Below the pieces are notes generated by a model. The model did not search any database and was not told where the DNA came from. It saw nothing but the letters and a program-made list of their open reading frames with translations. Positions 1 through 10,126 of a DNA stretch of 54,086 nucleotides are shown here, piece by piece (the first letter of the stretch is position 1; the number at the start of each line of letters is the position of its first letter). The DNA is taken from positions 1 to 54,086 of the forward strand of contig QCTB01000001.1 of assembly GCA_003209055.1 (NCBI GenBank), read 5' to 3'. The position numbers were made by a program, and so were the translations under genes. This DNA is from Prochlorococcus sp. AG-670-O13 (lineage in GTDB: Bacteria; Cyanobacteriota; Cyanobacteriia; PCC-6307; Cyanobiaceae).

Positions 1-1
1 T

Positions 2-367
2 ATTGAGCAAAAAGATTTAGAAGACTTAATCTCTCAAAGTGCGCCATGTGCCTCTCTTGACGCTCATGCAAGAGGAGAAGAGGATCGTAGTACACTTGGT
101 GAACTTATTCCAGATCCAAACGGCGAAGAGCCTATGGAAGGCATGGATAGAACTATCCAAAAAGAACATTTAGGGACATGGCTTGCTCAATTAAATGAAA
201 GAGAACAAAAAATCATGAAACTCAGATTCGGTTTAGATGGAGAAGAGCCACTAACTCTTGCTGAAATAGGAAGACAAATAAATGTATCTAGGGAGAGAGT
301 CAGACAACTAGAAGCAAAAGCAATATTAAAACTTAGAGTAATGACAACTCATCAAAAAGCAGCATAG
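2..367 (+). CDS. RNA polymerase sigma-70 family factor (group 2 / RpoD-like), 3' part only; gene starts before the window
   Basis: The frame is open from base 2 (IEQKDLEDLISQSAPCASLDAHARGEEDRSTLGELIPD, region 3.2) through the region 4 HTH (LRFGLDGEEPLTLAEIGRQINVSRERVRQLEAKA). The ORF-track start at 134 is an internal Met. Confidence 0.9.
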   Translation: MEQKDLEDLISQSAPCASLDAHARGEEDRSTLGELIPDPNGEEPMEGMDRTIQKEHLGTWLAQLNEREQKIMKLRFGLDGEEPLTLAEIGRQINVSRERVRQLEAKAILKLRVMTTHQKAA

Positions 368-373
368 TTTAAG

Positions 374-1018
374 TTGTTAAAAATTGCTTTTATTTTAATT
401 TATATATTGATTGTCTTTTTAACATCAATAATTTATAAAATTTTTAATCCAACTAATAAAGAGGCACTAAGAAAAATCATACATATTGGAATAGGACCTT
501 TAATTCCTCTCGCTATATTTTTAAATCTTGATCAAGCTTCTGCACTTTATTTTACGGGAATTGTCTCAATATTAACTTTCATAAATTACAAATTTAAATT
601 ATTTCCAACTATTGAAGATGTAGATAGAAAAAGTTACGGAACACTATTTTATTGTCTCAGTTTATTTATTTTAATTTATCTCTTTTGGAATAAAGATCCT
701 ACTTCTCTAATCGCTGGTTTTCTCATAATGACATTTGGTGATGGTTTTGCAGGATTAATCGGAAAAAACTTTAAATCTAAAAGTTGGTTTTTTTTGAACC
801 AGAAAAAATCCCTCTTTGGAACAATGACCATGTTTATTGCGAGCTTGATAGTAGTTTGTAGTTTATGTTATTTCCAAAAATATTCTTTTAATATCAGTTT
901 TTTTACTATTGCTTTTATTTCTACCCTTCTTGAACAATTTAGTATTTTTGGAATAGATAATTTTATTGTTCCAATTTCAGCCGCATTATGCTTTAACCTT
1001 TTTATCACAGGACTTTAA
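374..1018 (+). CDS. Phytol/dolichol kinase-like membrane protein (CTP-dependent polyprenol kinase family)
   Basis: Multi-TM protein with RKIIHIGIG, GDGFAGLIG, KKSLFGT and EQFSIFGIDNFIVP motifs typical of phytol kinase (VTE5-like) proteins. Confidence 0.8.
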   Translation: MLKIAFILIYILIVFLTSIIYKIFNPTNKEALRKIIHIGIGPLIPLAIFLNLDQASALYFTGIVSILTFINYKFKLFPTIEDVDRKSYGTLFYCLSLFILIYLFWNKDPTSLIAGFLIMTFGDGFAGLIGKNFKSKSWFFLNQKKSLFGTMTMFIASLIVVCSLCYFQKYSFNISFFTIAFISTLLEQFSIFGIDNFIVPISAALCFNLFITGL

Positions 1019-2082
1019 ATTACAGAATCGTACAAAATCTCAAGCAGACTTTTTGTTGTATCTATATCTATACAAGCATCAGTAATGCTTCTGCCATATT
1101 CAAGATCTTTTCTATTTGAAAGTTTTTGATTACCCTCCTTCAGGTGACTTTCAAGCATAATGCCTAGAATATTATTTTCACCTTCACTAATTTGATTTGC
1201 AACATTTTTAAGAACAACAGATTGTCTTCTAAAATCTTTATTAGAATTTCCATGGCTACAATCTATCATGACTTTATGAGGAAGATGAATTGCTTCTAAT
1301 TCAGAAGATATACTTTTTACATGTTGATTTTCAAAATTCACTCCTTTGGACCCCCCCCTTAAAACTATGTGACCATCTGGATTACCAGTAGTATTAACAA
1401 TAGAAGCATAACCGTGATTATTAACTCCTAAAAAATGATGAGATTTTGAAGCTGATTGCATCGCATTAATTGCTGTACTGAAAGAACCATCTGTACCATT
1501 TTTAAAACCTATGGGCATAGATAATCCTGATGCCATTTCTCTATGGGTTTGACTTTCAGTGGTTCTGGCACCAATTGCTGTCCAGCTAATCAAATCAGCA
1601 ATATATTGGGGAACAATTGGATCAAGCAACTCCGTAGCTGCAGGAATGCCATGAATTGCTAAATAAGAAAGTAAATTTCTCGCTCTTCTTAAACCAGTAT
1701 TAATATCATATGAACCATCTAAATGCGGGTCATTTATTAATCCTTTCCAACCAATTGTAGTTCTTGGTTTTTCAAAATATACTCGCATAACAATTTCTAA
1801 TTTATCTTTATATATTTTTCTAAATCCATGAATATATTCTGCATATTCTTTAGCAGCCTCAATATCATGAATTGAGCAAGGTCCTACTATGACTAAAAGC
1901 CTAGGATCATTCTTATGTAAAATATTTTGTATTGATCTTCTTGTATTAGAGACAGTATCAGCAGAGGTATAATCTAAGGGTATATCATTATGAAGTTTGC
2001 TTGGAGGTATTAATGGACGTGTTTCAACAACGTGCAAATCAGATGTTTTTTCTAAAGATTGATTATTTGATGATGTCGTCAT
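1015..2082 (-). CDS. aroG: 3-deoxy-D-arabino-heptulosonate 7-phosphate synthase, class I-alpha (AroF/G/H type)
   Basis: GPCSIHD, MRVYFEKPRTTIGWKGLINDP, IGARTTESQTHREMASGLS, DCSHGNS and SITDACI motifs. Confidence 0.95.
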   Translation of the reverse strand: MTTSSNNQSLEKTSDLHVVETRPLIPPSKLHNDIPLDYTSADTVSNTRRSIQNILHKNDPRLLVIVGPCSIHDIEAAKEYAEYIHGFRKIYKDKLEIVMRVYFEKPRTTIGWKGLINDPHLDGSYDINTGLRRARNLLSYLAIHGIPAATELLDPIVPQYIADLISWTAIGARTTESQTHREMASGLSMPIGFKNGTDGSFSTAINAMQSASKSHHFLGVNNHGYASIVNTTGNPDGHIVLRGGSKGVNFENQHVKSISSELEAIHLPHKVMIDCSHGNSNKDFRRQSVVLKNVANQISEGENNILGIMLESHLKEGNQKLSNRKDLEYGRSITDACIDIDTTKSLLEILYDSVI

Positions 2083-2178
2083 TGTTAAATATAAAAATTT
2101 GAATATTTAAAAAAGCATTGATGAATACTCTCCTTATCAATATTAAAAATAACAATAGATTAGGAATTAAACTCACAA

Positions 2179-4752
2179 ATGAAGAAATTGGAAACATTGC
2201 TCAAAGATTATGCGGATCATGTAGCTGAAAGAGCTACTAAAGGAATACCTCCATTACCACTAAATGCTGAGCAAACTAATTGTATTACACAATTATTAGA
2301 ACAAATCAACAATAAGGAAAGTGAATATTTAATAGATTTACTTATAAATCGGGTACCACCCGGAGTTGACGAAGCGGCATATGTTAAAGCAAGCTGGCTT
2401 ACATCGATTGTGAATGGTGAAAAAAAATGTAAATTCATTAATCCTAAAAAAGCAATAGAAATACTAGGAACAATGATCGGAGGATATAACGTAAACTCTT
2501 TAATTGAAATACTCAAAAGTAAAAATAATGAACTTGCCAGAGAAGCAGCGCAAGCTTTAAAAAATATTATCCTTGTATACGATGCCGCAAATGATATTTT
2601 TGACTTATCTCAAAATAATATTTATGCAGAAGAAGTTGTAAATAGTTGGGCAAATGCAGAATGGTTTACATCAAAGAATTCTCTTCCAAAAGAAATTATC
2701 TGTTTAGCATTCAAAATTGATGGAGAAACAAATACCGATGACTTATCTCCTGCCGTTCACGCTACATCCCGCCCAGATATACCATTGCACTCGTTATCTA
2801 TGCTTGAATTCAAAAAAAAAGATGGACTAAAAATTCTCAAAGATCTTAAAAAACAAAATATACAAATTGCCTATGTTGGAGATGTTGTCGGTACAGGAAG
2901 TTCAAGAAAATCTGCCATTAATTCTGTTATTTGGCATATAGGGGAAGATATACCCTTTATTCCCAATAAAAAAACTGGTGGCATAATTATTGGGAACAAA
3001 ATAGCACCAATTTTCTTTAATACTGCGCAAGATTCAGGTGCACTTCCTATTGAAACTGATGTCTCTGATATAAATACTGGTGATTTACTAAAAATATTGC
3101 CATATGAAGGTGTCATTAAGAAAATTAATAAAAATACAAATACTGAATTAATTATTAGTCATTTCGAATTGAATCCAACAACACTCACAGATGAAATTCA
3201 AGCTGGAGGTAGAATAAATCTTATGATTGGAAGATCACTTACAGATAAAATTAGAAAGAAACTTAAATTACAACCCAGTAAAATATTTATTCGTCCAAAA
3301 AGTCCAAAACATATTATTAATAAATTTACTCAAGCCCAAAAAATAGTGGGTAAAGCTTGCGGTTTAGAAGGAGTCCTACCTGGAACGACATGTGAGCCCA
3401 TTATGACAACTGTTGGTAGCCAAGATACTACTGGTCCAATGACTAGAGATGAACTTAAAGAGTTAGCTTGTTTAGGCTTTACCGCAGATTTAGTGATGCA
3501 AAGTTTTTGCCATACTGCGGCATATCCTAAACCAGTAGATTTAATTACTCATAGAGAATTACCTGACTTCATATCACAAAGAGGTGGTGTGGCCCTTAAA
3601 CCTGGAGACGGGATTATCCATAGTTGGCTTAATAGAATGCTACTACCTGACACCGTAGGAACAGGAGGAGATAGTCATACAAGATTCCCTCTTGGAATTT
3701 CATTCCCTGGAGGTTCAGGTATTGTTGCTTTTGCTGCAGCAATTGGATCAATGCCCTTAAATATGCCGGAATCAGTATTAGTGAAATTTAAAGGGGATTT
3801 ATTGCCAGGAATAACTCTCAGAGATCTTGTAAATGCAATTCCACTCTTTGCAATAAAAAAAGGTTTACTAACCGTTGCTAAAGCAAACAAGAAAAATATA
3901 TTTAATGGAAAGATTATGGAGATAGAAGGTTTACCTGATTTAAAACTTGAACAAGCATTTGAATTGACTGATGCCACCGCTGAACGATCATGTGCTGGAA
4001 GCACAATACTTTTATCAGAAAAAACCGTAGAAGAATATTTAAAAAGTAATATTTGCCTTTTAGAGCAAATGATTGAGAGCAATTATGAAGATGCTAAATC
4101 TATCTCCAGAAGAATCAATGATATGAAAAATTGGCTCAAAAAACCTGAATTAATCCAGCCAGATGAGAATGCCACTTATGAAGAGATAATAGAAATTGAT
4201 CTCGCAAAAGTTACACAGCCTATAGTAGCCTGCCCTAATGATCCAGATAATGTCAAAGAAATTAAAGATGTTGAAAATACGAATATTGATGAAGTATTTA
4301 TAGGATCCTGCATGACTAATATTGGACACTATAGGGCTGCTGCTAAAGTTCTTGAAGGTATTGAAAAATTGAATGCTAAACTATGGATTTGTCCCCCTAC
4401 AAAAATGGATGAAGAAAGACTAAAAGCCGAAGGATACTATGAAATATTTAAAAAATGTGGAGCAAGATTAGAGTTGCCAGGTTGTTCATTATGCATGGGA
4501 AATCAAGCTAGAGTAGATGAAGGTTCTATTGTATTCTCAACCAGTACAAGAAATTTTGATAATAGACTTGGCAAAAATGCTCAAGTATTTTTAGGCAGTG
4601 CTGAATTAGCCGCAGTTTGTGCTCTTTTGGGAAGAATACCCACATTAAATGAGTATCAAGATATTACTAAAAATAAAATCAATCCTTACTCTAATGAACT
4701 TTATCGTTATCTTCAATTTGACGAAATGAAAAACTTTAGTTTGTCAAAATGA
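2179..4752 (+). CDS. acnB: Aconitate hydratase B
   Basis: N-terminal HEAT-like domain (RVPPGVDEAAYVKA), GTGSSRKSA, GSQDTTGPMTRDEL; Fe-S cysteines in IGSCMTN and PGCSLCMGNQ. Confidence 0.97.
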   Translation: MKKLETLLKDYADHVAERATKGIPPLPLNAEQTNCITQLLEQINNKESEYLIDLLINRVPPGVDEAAYVKASWLTSIVNGEKKCKFINPKKAIEILGTMIGGYNVNSLIEILKSKNNELAREAAQALKNIILVYDAANDIFDLSQNNIYAEEVVNSWANAEWFTSKNSLPKEIICLAFKIDGETNTDDLSPAVHATSRPDIPLHSLSMLEFKKKDGLKILKDLKKQNIQIAYVGDVVGTGSSRKSAINSVIWHIGEDIPFIPNKKTGGIIIGNKIAPIFFNTAQDSGALPIETDVSDINTGDLLKILPYEGVIKKINKNTNTELIISHFELNPTTLTDEIQAGGRINLMIGRSLTDKIRKKLKLQPSKIFIRPKSPKHIINKFTQAQKIVGKACGLEGVLPGTTCEPIMTTVGSQDTTGPMTRDELKELACLGFTADLVMQSFCHTAAYPKPVDLITHRELPDFISQRGGVALKPGDGIIHSWLNRMLLPDTVGTGGDSHTRFPLGISFPGGSGIVAFAAAIGSMPLNMPESVLVKFKGDLLPGITLRDLVNAIPLFAIKKGLLTVAKANKKNIFNGKIMEIEGLPDLKLEQAFELTDATAERSCAGSTILLSEKTVEEYLKSNICLLEQMIESNYEDAKSISRRINDMKNWLKKPELIQPDENATYEEIIEIDLAKVTQPIVACPNDPDNVKEIKDVENTNIDEVFIGSCMTNIGHYRAAAKVLEGIEKLNAKLWICPPTKMDEERLKAEGYYEIFKKCGARLELPGCSLCMGNQARVDEGSIVFSTSTRNFDNRLGKNAQVFLGSAELAAVCALLGRIPTLNEYQDITKNKINPYSNELYRYLQFDEMKNFSLSK

Positions 4753-4761
4753 TTATGGATT

Positions 4762-6120
4762 ATGCAAAACCTAATAAAACAAAATATTCAAAAAACCAGT
4801 ACTAACTCTTCTCGAAGCATAAAAAAATTACTTAAACAAAGATCTTTTGTAGTTTTCATATCTATCTTATTAACGGGTTTAGGAGCATCAATAACAAGTA
4901 TTTCTTTTAAAACTGGAATTTATTTTATAAATAATTGGAGATTAGAACTTTTAAATCATTTCCCATCCATTGCAGTTTTACCATTAATTGGCGCAATTGG
5001 CGGAGCTATTGCAGGATTTTTAATTAAAAATTTTGCTCCCGCAGCAAAAGGTTCAGGTGTTAGTCAAATTATGGGATTTTTAAGGCATAAGAAAGTACCT
5101 ATGAATCTAAAAGTTGGACTTGTTAAATTAATATCTGGAATAATTGCAATTGGAAGCGGGTTCCCTTTAGGCCCTGAAGGTCCGTCAGTTCAAATGGGGG
5201 GTTCTGTCGCCTGGCAAATGGCAAGATGGCTAAAAGCGCCTCTAGCATTTAGAAGAGTAATTGTTGCTGCAGGAGGTGGCGCTGGAATAGCTGCGGTATT
5301 CAGTGCACCTTTAGGCGGCTTCATTTACGCAATTGAAGAATTATTGAATTCTGCTAGACCAGTAATTTTATTACTAGTTGTAATTACAACTTTCATAGCA
5401 GATTCATCTGCAGATATTATTCAAGCTTTAGGTTTAGACCCAAAAGCTGGTGGTTTTGATTTTAATGTAGGTTTTTTAATACAAAAAGAATATGACCCAT
5501 CTGTTTTTTTCTTACCGATAGATTTTATTTATCTTGTTTTACTGGGAATAATTATTGGATTATTTGCAGAACTCTATAGTAAATACGTTATTGTCATGCA
5601 AAAGCTTGGGAAAAAATGGTATAAGAATAAATTTGTTTTAAAAATGAGTATTTGTGGACTTTTACTTGGAACTATTTATTCTTTTTTACCTAGCTCTTTC
5701 CATAATTTAGATGAATTACAAAAAATAATAGTCGAAAAAAATACCAATATTGAAATAGCCTTTTTAGCTGTATTGATACTTTTTATAACAACAGGATTAG
5801 CTGCAGCATCAGGAGCGCCTGGTGGTTTATTCTATCCAATGCTTACTTTAGGTGGAGCTATTGGATTGATCATGGGAACCTGGGTAGAAATTGCGACAGG
5901 TCATGCTCCAAGTACATATATATTTGCCGGTATGGGAGCCTTTGTTGCAGGCTGCTCGAGAACACCAATAACAGCAATGTTCTTAGCTTTTGCTTTAACA
6001 AAAAATCTACTAATAATGAAGCCTGTTCTTATTAGTTGCATTACAAGTTTTTTAGTAGCAAGAGCTTTTAATGAAGAATCTATTTATGAAAGGCAAATAC
6101 AAATTGAATTAGATGAGTAA
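4762..6120 (+). CDS. ClC family Cl-/H+ antiporter, no CBS domains
   Basis: ClC signature variants GSGVS, GPEGP, IEEL, GLFYP and a C-terminal SIYE; about 450 aa, hydrophobic. Confidence 0.9.
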   Translation: MQNLIKQNIQKTSTNSSRSIKKLLKQRSFVVFISILLTGLGASITSISFKTGIYFINNWRLELLNHFPSIAVLPLIGAIGGAIAGFLIKNFAPAAKGSGVSQIMGFLRHKKVPMNLKVGLVKLISGIIAIGSGFPLGPEGPSVQMGGSVAWQMARWLKAPLAFRRVIVAAGGGAGIAAVFSAPLGGFIYAIEELLNSARPVILLLVVITTFIADSSADIIQALGLDPKAGGFDFNVGFLIQKEYDPSVFFLPIDFIYLVLLGIIIGLFAELYSKYVIVMQKLGKKWYKNKFVLKMSICGLLLGTIYSFLPSSFHNLDELQKIIVEKNTNIEIAFLAVLILFITTGLAAASGAPGGLFYPMLTLGGAIGLIMGTWVEIATGHAPSTYIFAGMGAFVAGCSRTPITAMFLAFALTKNLLIMKPVLISCITSFLVARAFNEESIYERQIQIELDE

Positions 6121-6131
6121 AAAATTTATTT

Positions 6132-6986
6132 TCAATTAAAAACAGCAGTTTTACTATCGTATACAAAAATCTGATGATTTAAATGCAATCTAACTGCTCT
6201 AGCAAGAGCTATTCTCTCGATATCTCGTCCTTTTCTTATCAAATCATCTACTTCATCTCTATGACTTACATTCACAGTACATTGCTCTATAATTGGCCCT
6301 TCATCTAAATCTTTTGTCACATAATGTGCAGTTGCTCCAATCAATTTCACTCCCCTTTTCCATGCTCGATGATAAGGTTGCGCCCCTTTAAATGCAGGCA
6401 AAAAAGAATGATGTATGTTAATAATTGAAGAATAATTTTCCAAAAAAGATTGACTTAAAATCTGCATATATTTAGCTAATACGACCAATTTAATATCGAA
6501 ATCTTTTAACAAATTTAAAATCTGATTTTCGACATAAGATTTAGAACAATTTGAAGTATCAATATAAACAAATTGAGCATTAAAATCCTTAGCGATATTT
6601 TCAAGATCAGGATGATTAGAAATTATTAATGGTACATTCATTTTTAATTCACCATTTCTTACTCGCCAAAGTAAATCTATTAAACAATGGTTTTGCTTAC
6701 TTACAAAAATCCCCACATTGGGAATCTCATCTGAATAATTAATATTAAATTTGCCATTAATATCTGTAGCAATTTTTTCAAATTGATCATAAATTTCATC
6801 TTTATTAATTGGTAAGTCATTTATATTCCATTCAATTCTGCTTAGAAATAATCCTGCATCTTGATCTGTATGATGATCAGAATGCTTTATATTACCACCA
6901 TAAGTAGATATCCAACTAGTTAATTCACTAACTAATCCAGGACGATCAGGACATACAGTTCTTAAAATGATTGATGATTGTTCCAA
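6132..6986 (-). CDS. purU: Formyltetrahydrofolate deformylase
   Basis: N-terminal ACT domain (CPDRPGLV), INIHHSFLPAFKGAQPY, GATAHYVTKDLDEGPIIEQ; TTG start. Confidence 0.96.
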   Translation of the reverse strand: MEQSSIILRTVCPDRPGLVSELTSWISTYGGNIKHSDHHTDQDAGLFLSRIEWNINDLPINKDEIYDQFEKIATDINGKFNINYSDEIPNVGIFVSKQNHCLIDLLWRVRNGELKMNVPLIISNHPDLENIAKDFNAQFVYIDTSNCSKSYVENQILNLLKDFDIKLVVLAKYMQILSQSFLENYSSIINIHHSFLPAFKGAQPYHRAWKRGVKLIGATAHYVTKDLDEGPIIEQCTVNVSHRDEVDDLIRKGRDIERIALARAVRLHLNHQIFVYDSKTAVFN

Positions 6987-7032
6987 AAAATCTAAATTAT
7001 TTGATCTTTGATTAATTACTTATAATATATCA

Positions 7033-8109
7033 ATGAAAGTATTAAAAAAAAATTTTAAAAGGCCTCATATATTAATTGTTGGATCAGGAATTACAGGAAA
7101 ATTTAACGCATTAGAACTCTCTAAACAAGGATTTCAAATAACTATTGCAGATCCAGAACAAAATAAAAATTGTAGCAGTGCGGCATTAGGCCTCCTAATA
7201 AGTCATATGTATCAAAAGAATAAGGGTAGAAGTTGGGAGCTCCGACAAAAAAGTAATGAATTATGGCCAAAATGGATAAAATTCCTTCAAAAATACAATA
7301 AAGATTTAAAAATTGAAAAACCATTAATCCAACTAACAAACGACAAAGTTAAATTTGAAAAACTAAGTAATTTTGTTTCTAAAAATCCAAAGCGGGATTT
7401 AGAAATTTTAGAAAAAGACTCTAGTATTATTTCAAATATTAATAAAGTCTTTAACATAAATAACCTAAATGGGATCATTTCATACCAAGACGGCAGGATA
7501 GATCCTATTTTACTATTAAAAACAATAAATATTTATCTAGAAGATAAAAGAATAGATTGTATACATCAAGAAATTATAAAAATAAAAAAAATTAATAATC
7601 AATGGATTTCTACTTGCAAAAACAAATTTGAAATCAAAAGTGATGCGATTATTTTATGTAATTCTCTTGATTCCCTTAAATTAATCGACTTAAATTACAT
7701 CAAACTAAAACCTGTTCTAGGACAAGCAATTGAACTTTCAATCCATGAACAAGAAATTGATTTATTATCTCTTCCAAAGCATTTCAGCATAAATGGTAAA
7801 AATTTTCTTCCGCTCAATAAAAACAAGATAATTATTGGATCTACAGACGAATATAAAGTTAAACCTAAAGAAAATATATTTGAAGAGCTGATAAATTTTC
7901 TAGAAAACAAACCAGAATGGCTAAATGAAAAAAAAATTTCCAAAAAATGGTTCGGTATAAGATCTAGACCAGAAGGTGAAGCTTCGCCTATATTAAAGAG
8001 TTTAGAGAAGGGGTTAATTTTGTGTACTGGTTTTTATAAAAATGGGATATTACTTGCACCTGCTTGTTCTAATTGGATATCAAATGAAATTAAAAATCAT
8101 ATTCTTTAA
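7033..8109 (+). CDS. FAD-dependent oxidoreductase, D-amino acid oxidase / glycine oxidase (ThiO-like) family
   Basis: GxGxxG (IVGSGITG), [26 protein letters not shown]. Confidence 0.8.
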   Translation: MKVLKKNFKRPHILIVGSGITGKFNALELSKQGFQITIADPEQNKNCSSAALGLLISHMYQKNKGRSWELRQKSNELWPKWIKFLQKYNKDLKIEKPLIQLTNDKVKFEKLSNFVSKNPKRDLEILEKDSSIISNINKVFNINNLNGIISYQDGRIDPILLLKTINIYLEDKRIDCIHQEIIKIKKINNQWISTCKNKFEIKSDAIILCNSLDSLKLIDLNYIKLKPVLGQAIELSIHEQEIDLLSLPKHFSINGKNFLPLNKNKIIIGSTDEYKVKPKENIFEELINFLENKPEWLNEKKISKKWFGIRSRPEGEASPILKSLEKGLILCTGFYKNGILLAPACSNWISNEIKNHIL

Positions 8110-10010
8110 TCTTTTGTTTCTGTAAAATCTGCATCAATTACATCATCATCGCCACCTTTCTCATTAGATTCATTTGAATCTGGACTTCCTGGTGTAGGAG
8201 GTTGATTACCCGGTTGTTGATATACAGAAGAACCAATTGCATAAAGTTCTTGTTGAAGTTCCTCTAATAATTTTTTCATAGATTCATAATCTTCTTTTGA
8301 AGTTGCTTCTTTTAATGCCTTACTTTTTTCTTCTACTTTGGCTTTAGCGGAAGCATCAACTTTATCGCCTAGTTCTCCTAACTGTTTTTCTGTTTGATAA
8401 ACGAGAGTTTCTGCCTGATTCTTTAAGTCAATTTTCTCTCTTTTTTCTTTATCAACAGACGCATTTGATTCTGCGTCTTTCACCATTTTTTCTACTTCAT
8501 TATCTGAAAGAGTTGAGGCACCAGTAATGGAAATAGATTGTTCTTTACCACTACCTTTATCTTTCGCAGTAACACTTAAAATTCCATTGGCATCAATATC
8601 AAAGGTTACTTCTATTTGTGGAACACCACGTGGAGCAGATGGTATCCCATCAAGTCTAAAGGTACCTAAACTTTTATTATCTGAAGCCATTTCTCTTTCA
8701 CCTTGTAAGACATGAATCTCGACATTAGTTTGACCGTCAACAGCAGTTGAATAAGTCTCAGATTTCTTAGTTGGTACTGTTGTATTTCGAGTAATCATTT
8801 TTGTCATTACACCACCTAAGGTTTCTACACCAAGAGACAAAGGTGTAACATCTAGCAATAATATATCTTTGACTTCTCCTGCTAACACTCCTCCTTGAAT
8901 AGCTGCACCTACTGCCACAACTTCATCTGGATTTACAGTTTGATTAGGATCTTTACCAGTAACCCGTTTAACTAACTCCTGTACAGCTGGCATTCTAGTT
9001 GAACCCCCAACCATAACTATTTCGTCGATTTCTCCTGTAGAAAGTTTGGCGTCCTTTAGTGCTTGCTCGACTGGAACTCTACATCTGTCGATCAACTTAG
9101 AAGCAAGCTCTTCAAAATTTGCTCTGGTTAAATTTAAATCAAGATGCTTTGGACCTTCTGGAGTAGCAGTTATGAAAGGTAAATTTATTTCACTTTGAGT
9201 AGCGTTTGAAAGTTCTATTTTTGCCTTTTCAGCTGCTTCAGTAAGACGTTGTAAAGCTTGTTTATCCTGTCTTAGGTCAATACCTTCGTTACTTTTAAAA
9301 ATGCTTGCAAGATGATCCACAATGCATCTATCAAAATCATCACCTCCCAAATGAGTATCACCAGAAGTTGATAAAACTTCGAAAACACCATCTCCAACTT
9401 CTAAAACTGAGACATCAAAAGTTCCTCCACCCAGGTCAAAAACAAGTATTCTTTCATTACTTTTTTTGTCTAAACCATAAGCTAAAGCAGCAGCTGTTGG
9501 TTCATTAATTATCCTTAAAACTTCAAGTCCCGCTATTTTACCTGCATCTTTTGTAGCCTGTCTTTGAGAATCATTAAAATAAGCTGGAACTGTTATGACT
9601 GCCTGAGTAATATTTTCACCTAAATATTTTCCAGCATCTTCAGAAAGTTTTCTTAAAACCTGAGCACTTACTTCCTCAGGAGAAAATTGTTTATCTAAAA
9701 CTGGACATTTTAATTTTACATTTGAACCAGCCTTTTCAATGCCATAGCTAACTTCTTTTGATTCATCATTAACTTCATCAACTCTTCTACCTACAAAACG
9801 CTTTGCTGAGTAAAAAGTATTTTCAGGATTCATAACAGCTTGTCGTTTCGCAATCTGGCCGACAAGTTGATCTTGATTTTTGGTATATGCAACAACAGAT
9901 GGAGTTGTTCTGAAACCCTCAGCATTTGCTATTACAGTGGGTTTACCACCTTCCATTACAGCAACACAACTATTTGTTGTTCCTAAATCAATTCCAACAA
10001 CCTTCCCCAT
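8106..10010 (-). CDS. dnaK: Chaperone DnaK (Hsp70), DnaK2-type
   Basis: [37 protein letters not shown]; acidic DDVIDADF tail. Confidence 0.98.
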   Translation of the reverse strand: MGKVVGIDLGTTNSCVAVMEGGKPTVIANAEGFRTTPSVVAYTKNQDQLVGQIAKRQAVMNPENTFYSAKRFVGRRVDEVNDESKEVSYGIEKAGSNVKLKCPVLDKQFSPEEVSAQVLRKLSEDAGKYLGENITQAVITVPAYFNDSQRQATKDAGKIAGLEVLRIINEPTAAALAYGLDKKSNERILVFDLGGGTFDVSVLEVGDGVFEVLSTSGDTHLGGDDFDRCIVDHLASIFKSNEGIDLRQDKQALQRLTEAAEKAKIELSNATQSEINLPFITATPEGPKHLDLNLTRANFEELASKLIDRCRVPVEQALKDAKLSTGEIDEIVMVGGSTRMPAVQELVKRVTGKDPNQTVNPDEVVAVGAAIQGGVLAGEVKDILLLDVTPLSLGVETLGGVMTKMITRNTTVPTKKSETYSTAVDGQTNVEIHVLQGEREMASDNKSLGTFRLDGIPSAPRGVPQIEVTFDIDANGILSVTAKDKGSGKEQSISITGASTLSDNEVEKMVKDAESNASVDKEKREKIDLKNQAETLVYQTEKQLGELGDKVDASAKAKVEEKSKALKEATSKEDYESMKKLLEELQQELYAIGSSVYQQPGNQPPTPGSPDSNESNEKGGDDDVIDADFTETKD

Positions 10011-10078
10011 GGGTAATTACTCGTTTTATTATTCTCCATAATCGTTCATCGACGTCATTATTGTTACTCTGAAACGAG

Positions 10079-10093
10079 GTGTGGTTCCCGAAC
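10079..10093 (-). promoter_or_regulatory. K-box / GTNCGG-like heat-shock element upstream of dnaK
   Basis: The minus strand reads GTTCGGGAACCACAC about 70-80 nt upstream of the dnaK ATG. It resembles the cyanobacterial K-box GTTCGG-N4-CCNNAC, but the spacer here is 3 nt. Confidence 0.6.
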
Positions 10094-10126
10094 AGATTAC
10101 AATTTTTCTTCAAAATCCCTATAAAA

